Shown here in pieces: positions 10,243-19,527 of a stretch of 64,000 nt of DNA. Made by a program: the position numbers and the translations under genes. Source of the DNA: an uncultured Oscillospiraceae bacterium (GTDB lineage: Bacteria; Bacillota; Clostridia; Oscillospirales; Oscillospiraceae). The stretch spans positions 9,813 to 73,812 of the forward strand of contig CAZCRO010000002.1 of NCBI GenBank assembly GCA_964501115.1, written 5' to 3'. The first letter of the stretch is position 1. Every line of letters begins with the position of its first letter. Under the pieces are notes generated by a model. The model was given only the letters and a program-made list of their open reading frames with translations. It did not search any database and was not told where the DNA came from.

Positions 10243-11108
10243 TTCTTTTTCTTCTTCTGGTGAACGGCATATTACTCTGGAATCTGTTCCGTCAGCGCCA
10301 CTCCCTGCGAAATCTGACCGCCCAGGCCGAACGCTTTCTGGATGGGCAAGAGCATTATTTACCGGTATCTCTGAAAGAAGGCGATACCGCCGCCTTGCAA
10401 AACGCACTCTCCCGGCTGGAAAATCAGCTGCTGCTCTCCCGGGAGCAGACCCGCCGGGAAGCCAAGCGCAGCACCGACCTGCTTACAGATATTTCCCACC
10501 AACTGAAAACGCCTCTGGCTTCCCTGCAGCTGTTCCTGGAACTGGACAATGGCGCACATTTGCCCCAGGAGACACAGCTACTGGAAAGGATGCAAACCCT
10601 CATCTCTTCCCTGCTCCGCCTGGAGCGTCTGTGCAATGACGGGTACCCTTTCCGTTTCTGCCCACAGAATTTGGAAGAGCTGATTCTTTCCTGCTGGCAG
10701 AACCTGCAGCCCCTGTATCCGGAAAAGCAGTTCACCCTGGAAGGCAGCGGCACACTGCACTGTGACGAAATATGGCTGGGCGAAGCCATATTAAATCTGC
10801 TGAAAAATGCCTGTGAACATACACCCCCGGATGGGCAGATTCTGGTGCTGCTGGAGCAGTATCCACAGGAATTGCACATTACCATACGGGACAACGGCGG
10901 CGGAGTGGACAGCCAGGAGCTTCCCAGACTGTTCGAGCGCTTTTACCAAGCCAAAGGCCAAAAGGGCAACGGGGTTGGCATTGGCCTGAGCATTGTGAAA
11001 GAAATTGTCCACCGGCACCATGGCAACATTTCTGCCGCCAATATTCCCGGCAGCCTGGAAATGAAGCTCTATTTTCCAAAGCTGGATGAGACCCTTTCAA
11101 AATCATAA
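10230..11108 (+). CDS. Sensor histidine kinase (short, intramembrane-sensing type)
   Basis: ISHQLKTPL H-box, NLLKNACEH, DNGGG, GVGIGLSI; one N-terminal TM. Confidence 0.9.
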   Translation: MGGLILFLLLVNGILLWNLFRQRHSLRNLTAQAERFLDGQEHYLPVSLKEGDTAALQNALSRLENQLLLSREQTRREAKRSTDLLTDISHQLKTPLASLQLFLELDNGAHLPQETQLLERMQTLISSLLRLERLCNDGYPFRFCPQNLEELILSCWQNLQPLYPEKQFTLEGSGTLHCDEIWLGEAILNLLKNACEHTPPDGQILVLLEQYPQELHITIRDNGGGVDSQELPRLFERFYQAKGQKGNGVGIGLSIVKEIVHRHHGNISAANIPGSLEMKLYFPKLDETLSKS

Positions 11109-11169
11109 GGCTGGCGACAGATGGACGTAAGTTTCGCTGTGTATACTGGCAGCAAAGGAGGGAAACACT

Positions 11170-11856
11170 ATGAATATACTGGAATGCACCCATCTTTCCC
11201 GGTACTACGGAAGTGCCGCAGAGCCCATGAAGGCGCTGGATGACATCTGTTTTGCCGTCCGGCAGGGCAGTTTCACCGCCATTACCGGCCCCAGCGGCTC
11301 CGGAAAGTCCACACTGCTCCACTGCCTGGCCGTTCTGGATCGCCCCACCCAGGGAGAAGTTCTGTATCAGGGAAACTCCATCTACACCTACCGGGATAAG
11401 GAGTTGGCTATTTTGCGGCGCAGGCAGTTCGGTTTTGTCTTTCAGAGCTACAACCTGGTAAAAGAGCTGACCGGCTATGAAAACATGCTGCTGCCACTGA
11501 TGCTGGACAAGCGCCCGCCGGACGAGGCATACCTGAACCGGCTGATCTCCATCCTGGGGATTAGCCAACGGCTGGACTATTTGCCCGGCGCCATGTCCGG
11601 CGGACAGCAACAGCGGTTTGCCATTGCCCGGGCGCTGGCAAACAAGCCCCAAATTCTCTTTGCCGACGAGCCCACCGGAAACCTGGATGGGCAAACCGGG
11701 CGAATGGTAATGGATTTGCTTCGTCAGCTGAACCAGGAGCTGGGGGTCACACTGATTTTGGTAACCCATGATCTGAACGTTGCCGAACAGGCAGAACGCA
11801 TTGTCCACCTGACCGACGGGCACATCGCCCGGGACAGTGGGGAGGCGGCGCTATGA
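11170..11856 (+). CDS. ABC transporter ATP-binding protein (LolD/MacB-type)
   Basis: GPSGSGKST, MSGGQQQR, ILFADEPTGNLD, LVTHD. Confidence 0.93.
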   Translation: MNILECTHLSRYYGSAAEPMKALDDICFAVRQGSFTAITGPSGSGKSTLLHCLAVLDRPTQGEVLYQGNSIYTYRDKELAILRRRQFGFVFQSYNLVKELTGYENMLLPLMLDKRPPDEAYLNRLISILGISQRLDYLPGAMSGGQQQRFAIARALANKPQILFADEPTGNLDGQTGRMVMDLLRQLNQELGVTLILVTHDLNVAEQAERIVHLTDGHIARDSGEAAL

Positions 11857-14306
11857 AAGCACTGAGCCAAGGCCGTCTGGCCGTTTCCGGAATCCGGAGC
11901 AACAAAAGATCCTATTTTTCCCTGGCCGGGAGCATCTTTCTGGCAATTTTCCTTGGAGTCAGCGTACTTCTTGGACTGGACTGCATTTATCAGTGGGGTG
12001 TTCTTTCCCGGAATCAAAAATACGGACAGGAGGATGGTTTCCTTCTGGAAGCGGCAGCGCAGGACAGCCAGGTTCTCACCGGGAATTCCCTTGTGGAGGA
12101 TCTCGGCACCGTTACACTCATGGGCAGCCTGGACGGCACTCCGGTGGGCTGCTATGACAAAACGGCTCAAATACTTCTGCAGCGCAGTCTGTTTTCCGGA
12201 CGTATGCCTCAGGCTGCCGGAGAGGTGGCACTGGATTTGGATATTCTGGAAACCATTCAGCCCAATGCACAGCTGGGAGACGAACTTTCCCTGGCCATTA
12301 CCGGCCTGAACGGAACTATGCACCATGTTGCATACCGGCTTGTGGGAATTCTGATGCCGGACAGCAAGCTTGACAGCAAAGAAATGGCTTCCTTTCTCCC
12401 GGAAAACTGCCTGGGCCTCCCCGGAGTTTACCTGTACCCGGGAGACAAGCTATTGGCGGATACCCCGGTGCAAAAGCATCTGGTTTTTACACTCCCACGG
12501 GAAACCGCGCTGACTGAACTGGAAAAAGCCTTGCCAAACGCCCGGATCATCGGCTCCAACTACTGGGGAGAGCTGCTTCTTCCGGTGTACTATCGCCGCT
12601 ATTCCGGTGCCCAGATACTGATGATGCAGGAATATACATTCCCCTTATTGAGCATTGGACTATGCCTGATGGCCTGCGCCATGATTGGCATCTGGAGCGC
12701 CACGAACAGCCAGCTTGTACGCAAGAGCCAGCAGTATCGGCTTCTGCGCAGTGTAGGTGCAACCCGTGGGCAAATTCTCACCATCAGTTGCCGGGAGTCT
12801 CTGCTTCTGAGTGTAGTCACCGCACCGGCTGCCACATTGGCATCTACCTTGTTTCTATGGACACTTAGCCGCCTCTTCTCCAGCGATATGCGCTTCACCT
12901 GGAACTGGTTGCTTACTTTGGCCGCACTGACCCTGTCCTTTCTTCTGGTACAACTGGCCACATTTTTACCTGCTCTGCTCTCCCTGGGGAAGCCCCTGCT
13001 GGATACGGACAGCCCCATTCCCGGGAAATACCTCCGCCCCATTCCTTCCCGGAAACACAGCAGCCTGGCTTCACTGATGAATCGGCGGAATCTGCGCTTT
13101 CATCCCCTTCGGCAGCTTTGCGCTGTGGCGCTGCTGGTGATTTTGAATCTGACTGTATTTTTCTCCACCGTTACCGCACAGAATTATTTTTCAGATCAGT
13201 ATGGCAAGCAGAACACTGCCTTCACCATCCACCGCACAGACTGGAGTCCTTCTATCCGCACCCTGTGTACTCTGCTTCCGGAAAAAACGCTTTCCTCCCA
13301 GGACACCACCGAACATACCTGGCTGGAAAATGCACTGGGAACCGACAAGACCTCCATCCAGCTGCAACTGATTGTCGAATCCGACCTGGATATGCTTGCT
13401 TCATACCTGAAAGACGGACAGATTCGGGAAGAGGAAATCAACGCCGGACAGGAAGTACTGGTGCAGGCACCGGACTGGTGGGCCTCCTTCTCCGAAAACG
13501 GCTATAAGCGCACAACTTCCAAAAATCCAGCCAACATCTTACAGTATGATACCTTCATTCAAAACGATCAGTTTGTTCCGGGGGATACCCTGGAACTGGT
13601 ACAGATGTGTCTGGATCCGCAGACACTTCCCCAGGGCGTTGTCGGAGGAAATCTATACAGCTATGCCCAAAGAAGGGATGCTTCCGTAAAAATCGGCGGT
13701 ATTCTGTCCTCTGATTATGCGTCAGATGTGTGTATCTTCACCACACCTCAGGGGTTGGAAAATATGGGTCTGGAATGCTCCCCAATTTTCAACATAGACA
13801 TCCGCCTTTCCGAAACACCGGATCTGCAGACAGAGCAGGTTCTGGCCGATCAGCTCCGGAGAATTGCCAGCCGGGGAGATTTGGAACTATATAACCGTCT
13901 GGAAAGCCGCCGCTCCACAGCATACCGGCGACTGCGCAATACCCTTACCCTCACCAGTGTGTGCATTGTCTTCCTGCTGCTTACCGTAAACCTGATCACC
14001 GGAAACCAACTGCATTATCTCCGGGCAGATAAAAAAGCCATCGCTACGCTGCGGGCTGTAGGCTGTGACGCTGCCGCGCTGCAATCCATCCATTCCCGCC
14101 AGATTTTCACCTCCATGCTTCTCGCAGGCGGAATTACCCTGGTCATAGCCGCCGCTATAGGAATACTGGAATACTATCCCTGGCATGCCCTGGTGTGCAG
14201 CCTGGCCTGCATGACCCTGGTTTGGCTGCTGTGCCACTGCCAAATTTCCCGCTTCCTCCGCAAGCAGACCCAACAACCCGTGATCGATCATATCCGTGAA
14301 TTGTAA
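11853..14306 (+). CDS. ABC transporter permease (FtsX/MacB-type)
   Basis: Two permease units with LLRSVGAT and TLRAVGC motifs and large extracytoplasmic loops; ATGA overlap with the ATPase. Confidence 0.82.
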   Translation: MKALSQGRLAVSGIRSNKRSYFSLAGSIFLAIFLGVSVLLGLDCIYQWGVLSRNQKYGQEDGFLLEAAAQDSQVLTGNSLVEDLGTVTLMGSLDGTPVGCYDKTAQILLQRSLFSGRMPQAAGEVALDLDILETIQPNAQLGDELSLAITGLNGTMHHVAYRLVGILMPDSKLDSKEMASFLPENCLGLPGVYLYPGDKLLADTPVQKHLVFTLPRETALTELEKALPNARIIGSNYWGELLLPVYYRRYSGAQILMMQEYTFPLLSIGLCLMACAMIGIWSATNSQLVRKSQQYRLLRSVGATRGQILTISCRESLLLSVVTAPAATLASTLFLWTLSRLFSSDMRFTWNWLLTLAALTLSFLLVQLATFLPALLSLGKPLLDTDSPIPGKYLRPIPSRKHSSLASLMNRRNLRFHPLRQLCAVALLVILNLTVFFSTVTAQNYFSDQYGKQNTAFTIHRTDWSPSIRTLCTLLPEKTLSSQDTTEHTWLENALGTDKTSIQLQLIVESDLDMLASYLKDGQIREEEINAGQEVLVQAPDWWASFSENGYKRTTSKNPANILQYDTFIQNDQFVPGDTLELVQMCLDPQTLPQGVVGGNLYSYAQRRDASVKIGGILSSDYASDVCIFTTPQGLENMGLECSPIFNIDIRLSETPDLQTEQVLADQLRRIASRGDLELYNRLESRRSTAYRRLRNTLTLTSVCIVFLLLTVNLITGNQLHYLRADKKAIATLRAVGCDAAALQSIHSRQIFTSMLLAGGITLVIAAAIGILEYYPWHALVCSLACMTLVWLLCHCQISRFLRKQTQQPVIDHIREL

Positions 14307-14416
14307 TATTGGGATAATACCGGGGGGACTTGGAATACAGCAAAAATGATTTCCATATGAAGCATTGAGAATGCTTTCCCCGCCGCCATTCATGCTTCTC
14401 GTTAAACACAAAAAAC

Positions 14417-14458
14417 ACTCCCCATAGCGCAGCCTCAAGGGTCTGCGCTATGGGGAGT
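14417..14458. terminator. Hairpin between convergent genes
   Basis: ACTCCCCATAGCGCAG...CTGCGCTATGGGGAGT 16-bp perfect inverted repeat. Confidence 0.7.
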
Positions 14459-14490
14459 ATATCATTTTGTAAGAAAGCCCGTCGTGTTAT

Positions 14491-15129
14491 TCAGCGCTTG
14501 CGCAATGCTTTCAATCCGGCTCTTACCTGCTTGAGAGAATCCTTAGCCAGGCTGCCCGCATAGCTCAGATGCTTTTGCAGCTCCCCGGTTTCTACAGGCG
14601 GCTGGGAGACTTTCCCCGCCGGTTCCCGGGATGTAGCCACAGCACGGACAGATTCTGTTTTCCGGCTGCTCCACTCCAGCTGACGCTGATCCATTTCAGC
14701 GCGCCGGGCTTCCAGCATGGTCTGCTGCTCCTCCAGCACGGTACTTCTGGCATCCAGAACAGCCTGAAGCTCTTCCAGATCTGCCTGCCTGGCTTCCAGC
14801 AGATCCTGCCGTGCCGCCAGCATCTGCCGACTTTCCTCCAGCTCCTGCTTCTGTTCATCCAAAGCCGTCTGCTTCTCTTCCAGTTGGACTTCCAGCTGCC
14901 GTTTTTCCTCCAGAGCTTGATCCAGCTGGGTGCGCAGTTTATTCAGCATTTCCATCTGAGCAGACTGCAGTCCTGTCAGCTCCGCCAGCTTGCCGTTCAG
15001 ATTTTCCAGTTCGGTATCCCGGTCACGGAAAGCCCCTTCCATTTCATCCAGGAAAGCATCCACTTCGTGCATATCGTATCCACGCAGTTTTCTGCCAAAT
15101 TCTATTTCCCGAACGGTCTCCGCATTCAT
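14491..15129 (-). CDS. DivIVA-domain coiled-coil protein
   Basis: VREIEFGRKLRGYDMHEVDAFLD DivIVA motif then heptad repeats (LEESRQM LAARQDL LEARQAD LEELQAV LDARSTV LEEQQTM). Confidence 0.8.
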   Translation of the reverse strand: MNAETVREIEFGRKLRGYDMHEVDAFLDEMEGAFRDRDTELENLNGKLAELTGLQSAQMEMLNKLRTQLDQALEEKRQLEVQLEEKQTALDEQKQELEESRQMLAARQDLLEARQADLEELQAVLDARSTVLEEQQTMLEARRAEMDQRQLEWSSRKTESVRAVATSREPAGKVSQPPVETGELQKHLSYAGSLAKDSLKQVRAGLKALRKR

Positions 15130-15159
15130 ATAGCGCTCCTCGTCTTTCTGTTTTTCTTT

Positions 15160-17190
15160 TTAGTTGGGGACAGACCCACGGTTCGCAATATCCAGCACCA
15201 CGTTGCAATCGAAGTAACTGTTAAAGTCGCTGGAATGCCATGCCATTGCGTTGCCCGTGACCATCAGGCGGGTCTGATGAACGTAAGAGATCTGAATGTC
15301 CGTCTTCATCTCATTGCCGTAGCCGACAAAGTAGCGGTATCCGGCATCATAGAGCACCTGGAACTTATTTCCGGAGTAGTCACCGGTATCCACAGCCCGG
15401 GCGTATACAATGGTATCCACATTCCCCAGAACAGGCACAGCCTGGGCAGTAAAGCTCTGAATATCGTTACGGATCTCATTGACGCTAATAGACTTATAAT
15501 CTTTGTTGGCATAGGTGAAGCAAGCAATGGTATATCCCTTGTCCCGCAGCGCCTGCACCAAAGCCTTCGCGTCAGCCACTTCCTTGTCGTAAGTCTCCTG
15601 ACCCAGAGTGGACACATAGGAGCTGTCCACCCGGTAGCCAAACACGCCCTCAGAGCCGGTGACGGCCAGGGTCGCTCTTGCGCCCTTGTAAGAGAAGTCC
15701 GGATGCTGGGCGATAAAGTCCTCCAAAATGGGAACCAGATCGTAGTTTCCAACGCTGGAAGCACCGGTTCCATCCACATAGCTGGCCTTAACATCACCGT
15801 TGCCATCGAGCACCAGCTTGTTTGCAAATCCGGCGCCCGCCGCATCGGCAATACCGTCGCTGTTTCCGTCTACCATATACGCAAAGTAGTTGACCATGGT
15901 TTCCGTGATCATTACCGGCTTCTTGCCTTCAGGCAGAAGCAGCGTATTGTAAGAGAAGTTCATGGTGCCGGTGAGGTCTTCGCTGCTGGCAACGAAGCTG
16001 TCAAAATCCACAAGAACATAATTGTTACTGTACAGCTGATTCAGGATCTTGGAAAATTCTTCGGTGGTAACAAAATTCCGGTTGTACATGCCACCGTACT
16101 CCTGATCGGCAAAAGCACGGATGGGATCCTGAATAAGCACATGGAAGGACAGGTTGGGAATGGTACTGTAATCCTTCCACTCCACCAACTGGGACTTGGC
16201 ATTCATATAAGCCGATTTTTTCGCGGTAAGCTCCTGCTGCACCTCTGTGGAATCCGTGGTGAAGCTATCCAGGACGGCAATTGCGCCATCATAATCGTAC
16301 TGTGTGGCAAGCTCGTCTGCCTGGGCCAGAAGCTGGCGGTAAACGGTAGCCAGCTGGTCTGCTTCCTCGCTGGCCGCAATGGAAGCCTGCAGTTCCTGCT
16401 CATCTTTGATTTTCTTCGCCTTGAACGCATTGGTAACCGCACCGGAAATGAAGGAAACAATCAGCAGCAGCGCAATACCGGCAAACAGAGGAGGCAGGTA
16501 GGCTTCCTTAATGATCTGCGCCTTAGTAGGACGCTTTCTTCTTCTGCGGTTGCCGTTTTCATCCACGGTTTCTGTTTCCGGATTGTTCCGACGGTGAATA
16601 GGCTCCATATACCAGTCCAGGAACTTGGAGAAAAACGTAGGCTTACGCTCCTCTTTTGGCTTGCGCTTCGGCAGCTTGGGCAGGGAGGGCAGCTTGGGCA
16701 GCGCCCGCTTCTTCGGCTGCTGATCGTAGTCCTCTTCCCCGGCGTAGTTCGGATCATAGTCCTCCGGGTAAGCTGCTTGCGGATCGTACTCTTCCTGGTA
16801 TGGCTCCTCCCCGGCATACTCCTGCTGGGGCACATAGTCATCGTAGGTGCCCTCTTCGGCATAATTTTCTTCATATTCCTGGGGGTAATCCTGATGCTCC
16901 TCCGGCTCCTCCCGGCGGTGTTTGGGGAAGATTATATCGTCGTCCAATTCAGACGCATCCACCCCGGCATCCTCCTGCAAGAACTGGGAGAAATCGTCAT
17001 CTTCTTCCAGGTCAAAATCCTGAAAATCTTCCTGGGAAAAGTCCTCCTGAACCTCTTCTCCGGGAAGCGGCTCATCATCAAACTGGCTCAGGTCGAAGTC
17101 ATCGTCCATCCCGTCGTCCGCAAACACGGTGGGATCCTCTTCAAACTCCTGGTCAAAATCAAAATCGATGTCAAAATCGTTTTTATCCAT
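15160..17190 (-). CDS. Membrane-anchored polysaccharide-deacetylase-like protein with long acidic N-terminus
   Basis: NLSFHVLI, LYSNNYVLVDF, LPEGKKP, FIAQHPDFSYKGARATLAVTGSEGVFGYR resemble a clostridial CE4-like family; one TM near aa 235-255. Confidence 0.7.
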   Translation of the reverse strand: MDKNDFDIDFDFDQEFEEDPTVFADDGMDDDFDLSQFDDEPLPGEEVQEDFSQEDFQDFDLEEDDDFSQFLQEDAGVDASELDDDIIFPKHRREEPEEHQDYPQEYEENYAEEGTYDDYVPQQEYAGEEPYQEEYDPQAAYPEDYDPNYAGEEDYDQQPKKRALPKLPSLPKLPKRKPKEERKPTFFSKFLDWYMEPIHRRNNPETETVDENGNRRRRKRPTKAQIIKEAYLPPLFAGIALLLIVSFISGAVTNAFKAKKIKDEQELQASIAASEEADQLATVYRQLLAQADELATQYDYDGAIAVLDSFTTDSTEVQQELTAKKSAYMNAKSQLVEWKDYSTIPNLSFHVLIQDPIRAFADQEYGGMYNRNFVTTEEFSKILNQLYSNNYVLVDFDSFVASSEDLTGTMNFSYNTLLLPEGKKPVMITETMVNYFAYMVDGNSDGIADAAGAGFANKLVLDGNGDVKASYVDGTGASSVGNYDLVPILEDFIAQHPDFSYKGARATLAVTGSEGVFGYRVDSSYVSTLGQETYDKEVADAKALVQALRDKGYTIACFTYANKDYKSISVNEIRNDIQSFTAQAVPVLGNVDTIVYARAVDTGDYSGNKFQVLYDAGYRYFVGYGNEMKTDIQISYVHQTRLMVTGNAMAWHSSDFNSYFDCNVVLDIANRGSVPN

Positions 17191-17355
17191 GGCATATCCC
17201 TACCTTATGGTATAGTCGTAATTATTCTACCATCCCCGGATTAAAAAAGCAAGTCAAATTGACATAAAACAGGGTTAAGATTATATGAATCTTTTGTCGG
17301 CTTGCATTTCCTACATGTGTGTGCTATGATGAAAAGAAAACACAGGGAGCGAAAT

Positions 17356-17832
17356 ATGGAAAAAATCACCAGTTTTACCATTGACCATATCCGGCTGCAG
17401 CCGGGACTGTATGTTTCCCGGAAGGATCCGGTTGGCGAAGACACCGTCACCACCTTTGATCTGCGGCTGACCAGTCCCAATGAAGAGCCGGTTCTGAACA
17501 CCGCCGAAGTTCACACCATTGAGCATCTGGCTGCCACTTACCTGCGCAACGACCCCACCTGGAAAGACCGGGTTCTCTACTTTGGCCCCATGGGCTGCCG
17601 CACCGGATTCTACCTCCTGCTCAAAGGAGACCTGACTTCCCGGCAGGCGCTGCCCCTGGTTCTGGAATGCTTCCGGTTCATTGCCGGTTTCCAGGGCGAA
17701 GTACCCGGTGCCAGCGCCAAAGACTGCGGCAATTACCTGGACATGAACCTGCCTATGGCCAATTACTGGGGACGGCGCTACGCCGCCCTGCTGGAAAATA
17801 TCACACCGGATCGGCTGATTTATCCGGAATAA
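17356..17832 (+). CDS. luxS: S-ribosylhomocysteine lyase
   Basis: SFTIDH, HTIEHL, GPMGCRTGFYL, CGNY; upstream TTGCAT-17-TATGAT. Confidence 0.95.
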   Translation: MEKITSFTIDHIRLQPGLYVSRKDPVGEDTVTTFDLRLTSPNEEPVLNTAEVHTIEHLAATYLRNDPTWKDRVLYFGPMGCRTGFYLLLKGDLTSRQALPLVLECFRFIAGFQGEVPGASAKDCGNYLDMNLPMANYWGRRYAALLENITPDRLIYPE

Positions 17833-17843
17833 GGAGAAAAGAT

Positions 17844-18554
17844 ATGAAAAAACTTGGAATTATTGGCGCTATGCAGGAAGAAGTGGAAACCCTGGTTGCC
17901 TCCCTGGAAAATGCCAGCCGCAGAGAAATTGCCGGCAGCACCTTTTATGAAGGACAGCTGGAAGGGCTGGATGTGGCCATCGTTCAGTGTGGTGTAGGCA
18001 AGGTAAATGCCGCACTGTGCGCCCAGATCCTGATCACCGCCTGCGGCATTACACACCTGGTAAATACCGGCATTGCCGGTTCGTTGCACAATGAATTGGA
18101 CATTGCAGATCTTGTGGTAAGCCAGGATGCCATGTATCACGACCTGGATGTAACCCACTTTGGTTACAATATGGGGCAGGTACCCGGCCTGAAGGTCACC
18201 GCCATTCCCGCCGACGAAACCATGATTGCCTATGCTTTCGCCGCCGCGGAAACCGTCAATTCCGGCCACACCAGAATCGGCCGCATCGCCACCGGCGATC
18301 AGTTCGTCTGCACCCAGGAAATGAAGGATCGCATTATTTCCATCACCCACGGGCTGTGTACGGAAATGGAAGGTGCCGCCATCGCCCACACCGCTTACCG
18401 CAATGGTATCCCCTATGTGATTTTGCGGGCAATTTCCGACAAGGCGGATAACTCTGCCCAGATGGACTACCCCACTTTCGAAACCCTCTCCGCCCACCGC
18501 TGTGCCCAGGTCACCAAGACTCTGGCCAAGCGTCTGGCAGAAGAAGAGGAATAA
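17844..18554 (+). CDS. mtnN: MTA/SAH nucleosidase
   Basis: GIIGAMQEE, GVGKVNAA, NTGIAG, TGDQF, EMEGAAIA, RAISDKAD. Confidence 0.94.
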   Translation: MKKLGIIGAMQEEVETLVASLENASRREIAGSTFYEGQLEGLDVAIVQCGVGKVNAALCAQILITACGITHLVNTGIAGSLHNELDIADLVVSQDAMYHDLDVTHFGYNMGQVPGLKVTAIPADETMIAYAFAAAETVNSGHTRIGRIATGDQFVCTQEMKDRIISITHGLCTEMEGAAIAHTAYRNGIPYVILRAISDKADNSAQMDYPTFETLSAHRCAQVTKTLAKRLAEEEE

Positions 18555-18580
18555 CGCCGTTTCTCATACCCTATGTTATA

Positions 18581-18630
18581 AAGAGGGCTGTCTCCAAATG
18601 GTTGAAAACCGTAGGAGGCAGCCCCTTTTT
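18581..18630. terminator. Bidirectional terminator
   Basis: AAGAGGGCTGTCTCC...GGAGGCAGCCCCTTTTT. Confidence 0.6.
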
Positions 18631-19262
18631 TATTTTTTTCGAATAGGGTGACGGATCACCGTTTTTCTTTTTTCCGGAGCAACTTTCCGGGCATCAGAAA
18701 GATAGATTTCGTGGTGGAAACGGGTATCGGTTATATCCGTCTCATAGCCGTTTTCCCGAAGGAACGCATCCATTCTGGCAACTGTGGCCGGCTCTTCATC
18801 ATAGGGGCCGACATGCATACACTGGACGCAAAGTCCCTCCTGATAGGTAAGGAATTCCACTTTGGAAAAATCCACCTGTTTCTTCCCGGTAGCTTCGGCA
18901 ACTGCCCAGTCAAAATCGGCTTTGGTTACAAAATCCGGCAGGCGAATCAAGGAGATCCAGCGGTAGTTTTCCTTATGGGCATAGTCCACACCCTCTACAC
19001 CCTCCTGCCACCAAAAGCCTTCCAGGGGTGGCACCACATAATCAAAGTATCCCTCTATCCGGTGGTCGCCCTTCTTGCTCATCTTGATCGTGAATGCGAT
19101 TCCATAGAGCAGGCTCATAGCTGCCTTGTATTCTCCATCCTCCGCATTGGGATCCCCCTGCCCACGAACCGCCAGAAAGTTCATGGAGGGAACATCCACG
19201 ATACAGGGTTTGTTTTTCGGCATGTAAAATTCCTTGTATTCCTTCTTATAGTCAAAGGCCAT
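18630..19262 (-). CDS. GyrI-like small-molecule-binding protein
   Basis: DYVVPPLEGFWW, WISLIRLPDFV, CVQCMHVGPYDEE, HHEIYLSDARK. Confidence 0.85.
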   Translation of the reverse strand: MAFDYKKEYKEFYMPKNKPCIVDVPSMNFLAVRGQGDPNAEDGEYKAAMSLLYGIAFTIKMSKKGDHRIEGYFDYVVPPLEGFWWQEGVEGVDYAHKENYRWISLIRLPDFVTKADFDWAVAEATGKKQVDFSKVEFLTYQEGLCVQCMHVGPYDEEPATVARMDAFLRENGYETDITDTRFHHEIYLSDARKVAPEKRKTVIRHPIRKK

Positions 19263-19527
19263 GGCACATTTCTCCCTTTACAAATTCATCTGTACATTTG
19301 GGTTTTGGTGGCATAGTATCCTCCTTGTTTCTGACAGGAAATATATTCTGTAACACACGTTCTATAATAATGATTCCATTGTAATTCTTTTTCCCGCTTT
19401 ATCAATGCATTTAACACGTTTTTTTCATTTTTCAAAGAAATATAGATTGTTCACAGGGCTTTTCTTGCATTTTTCATTCCCATATGATATAGTATGGACG
19501 ATTCTGTTTTTTGGAGGCTACTCCTGT

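Noticed and set aside
14569-17244. 891-aa plus-strand ORF
   Set aside because: Shadow of the DivIVA and deacetylase-like genes
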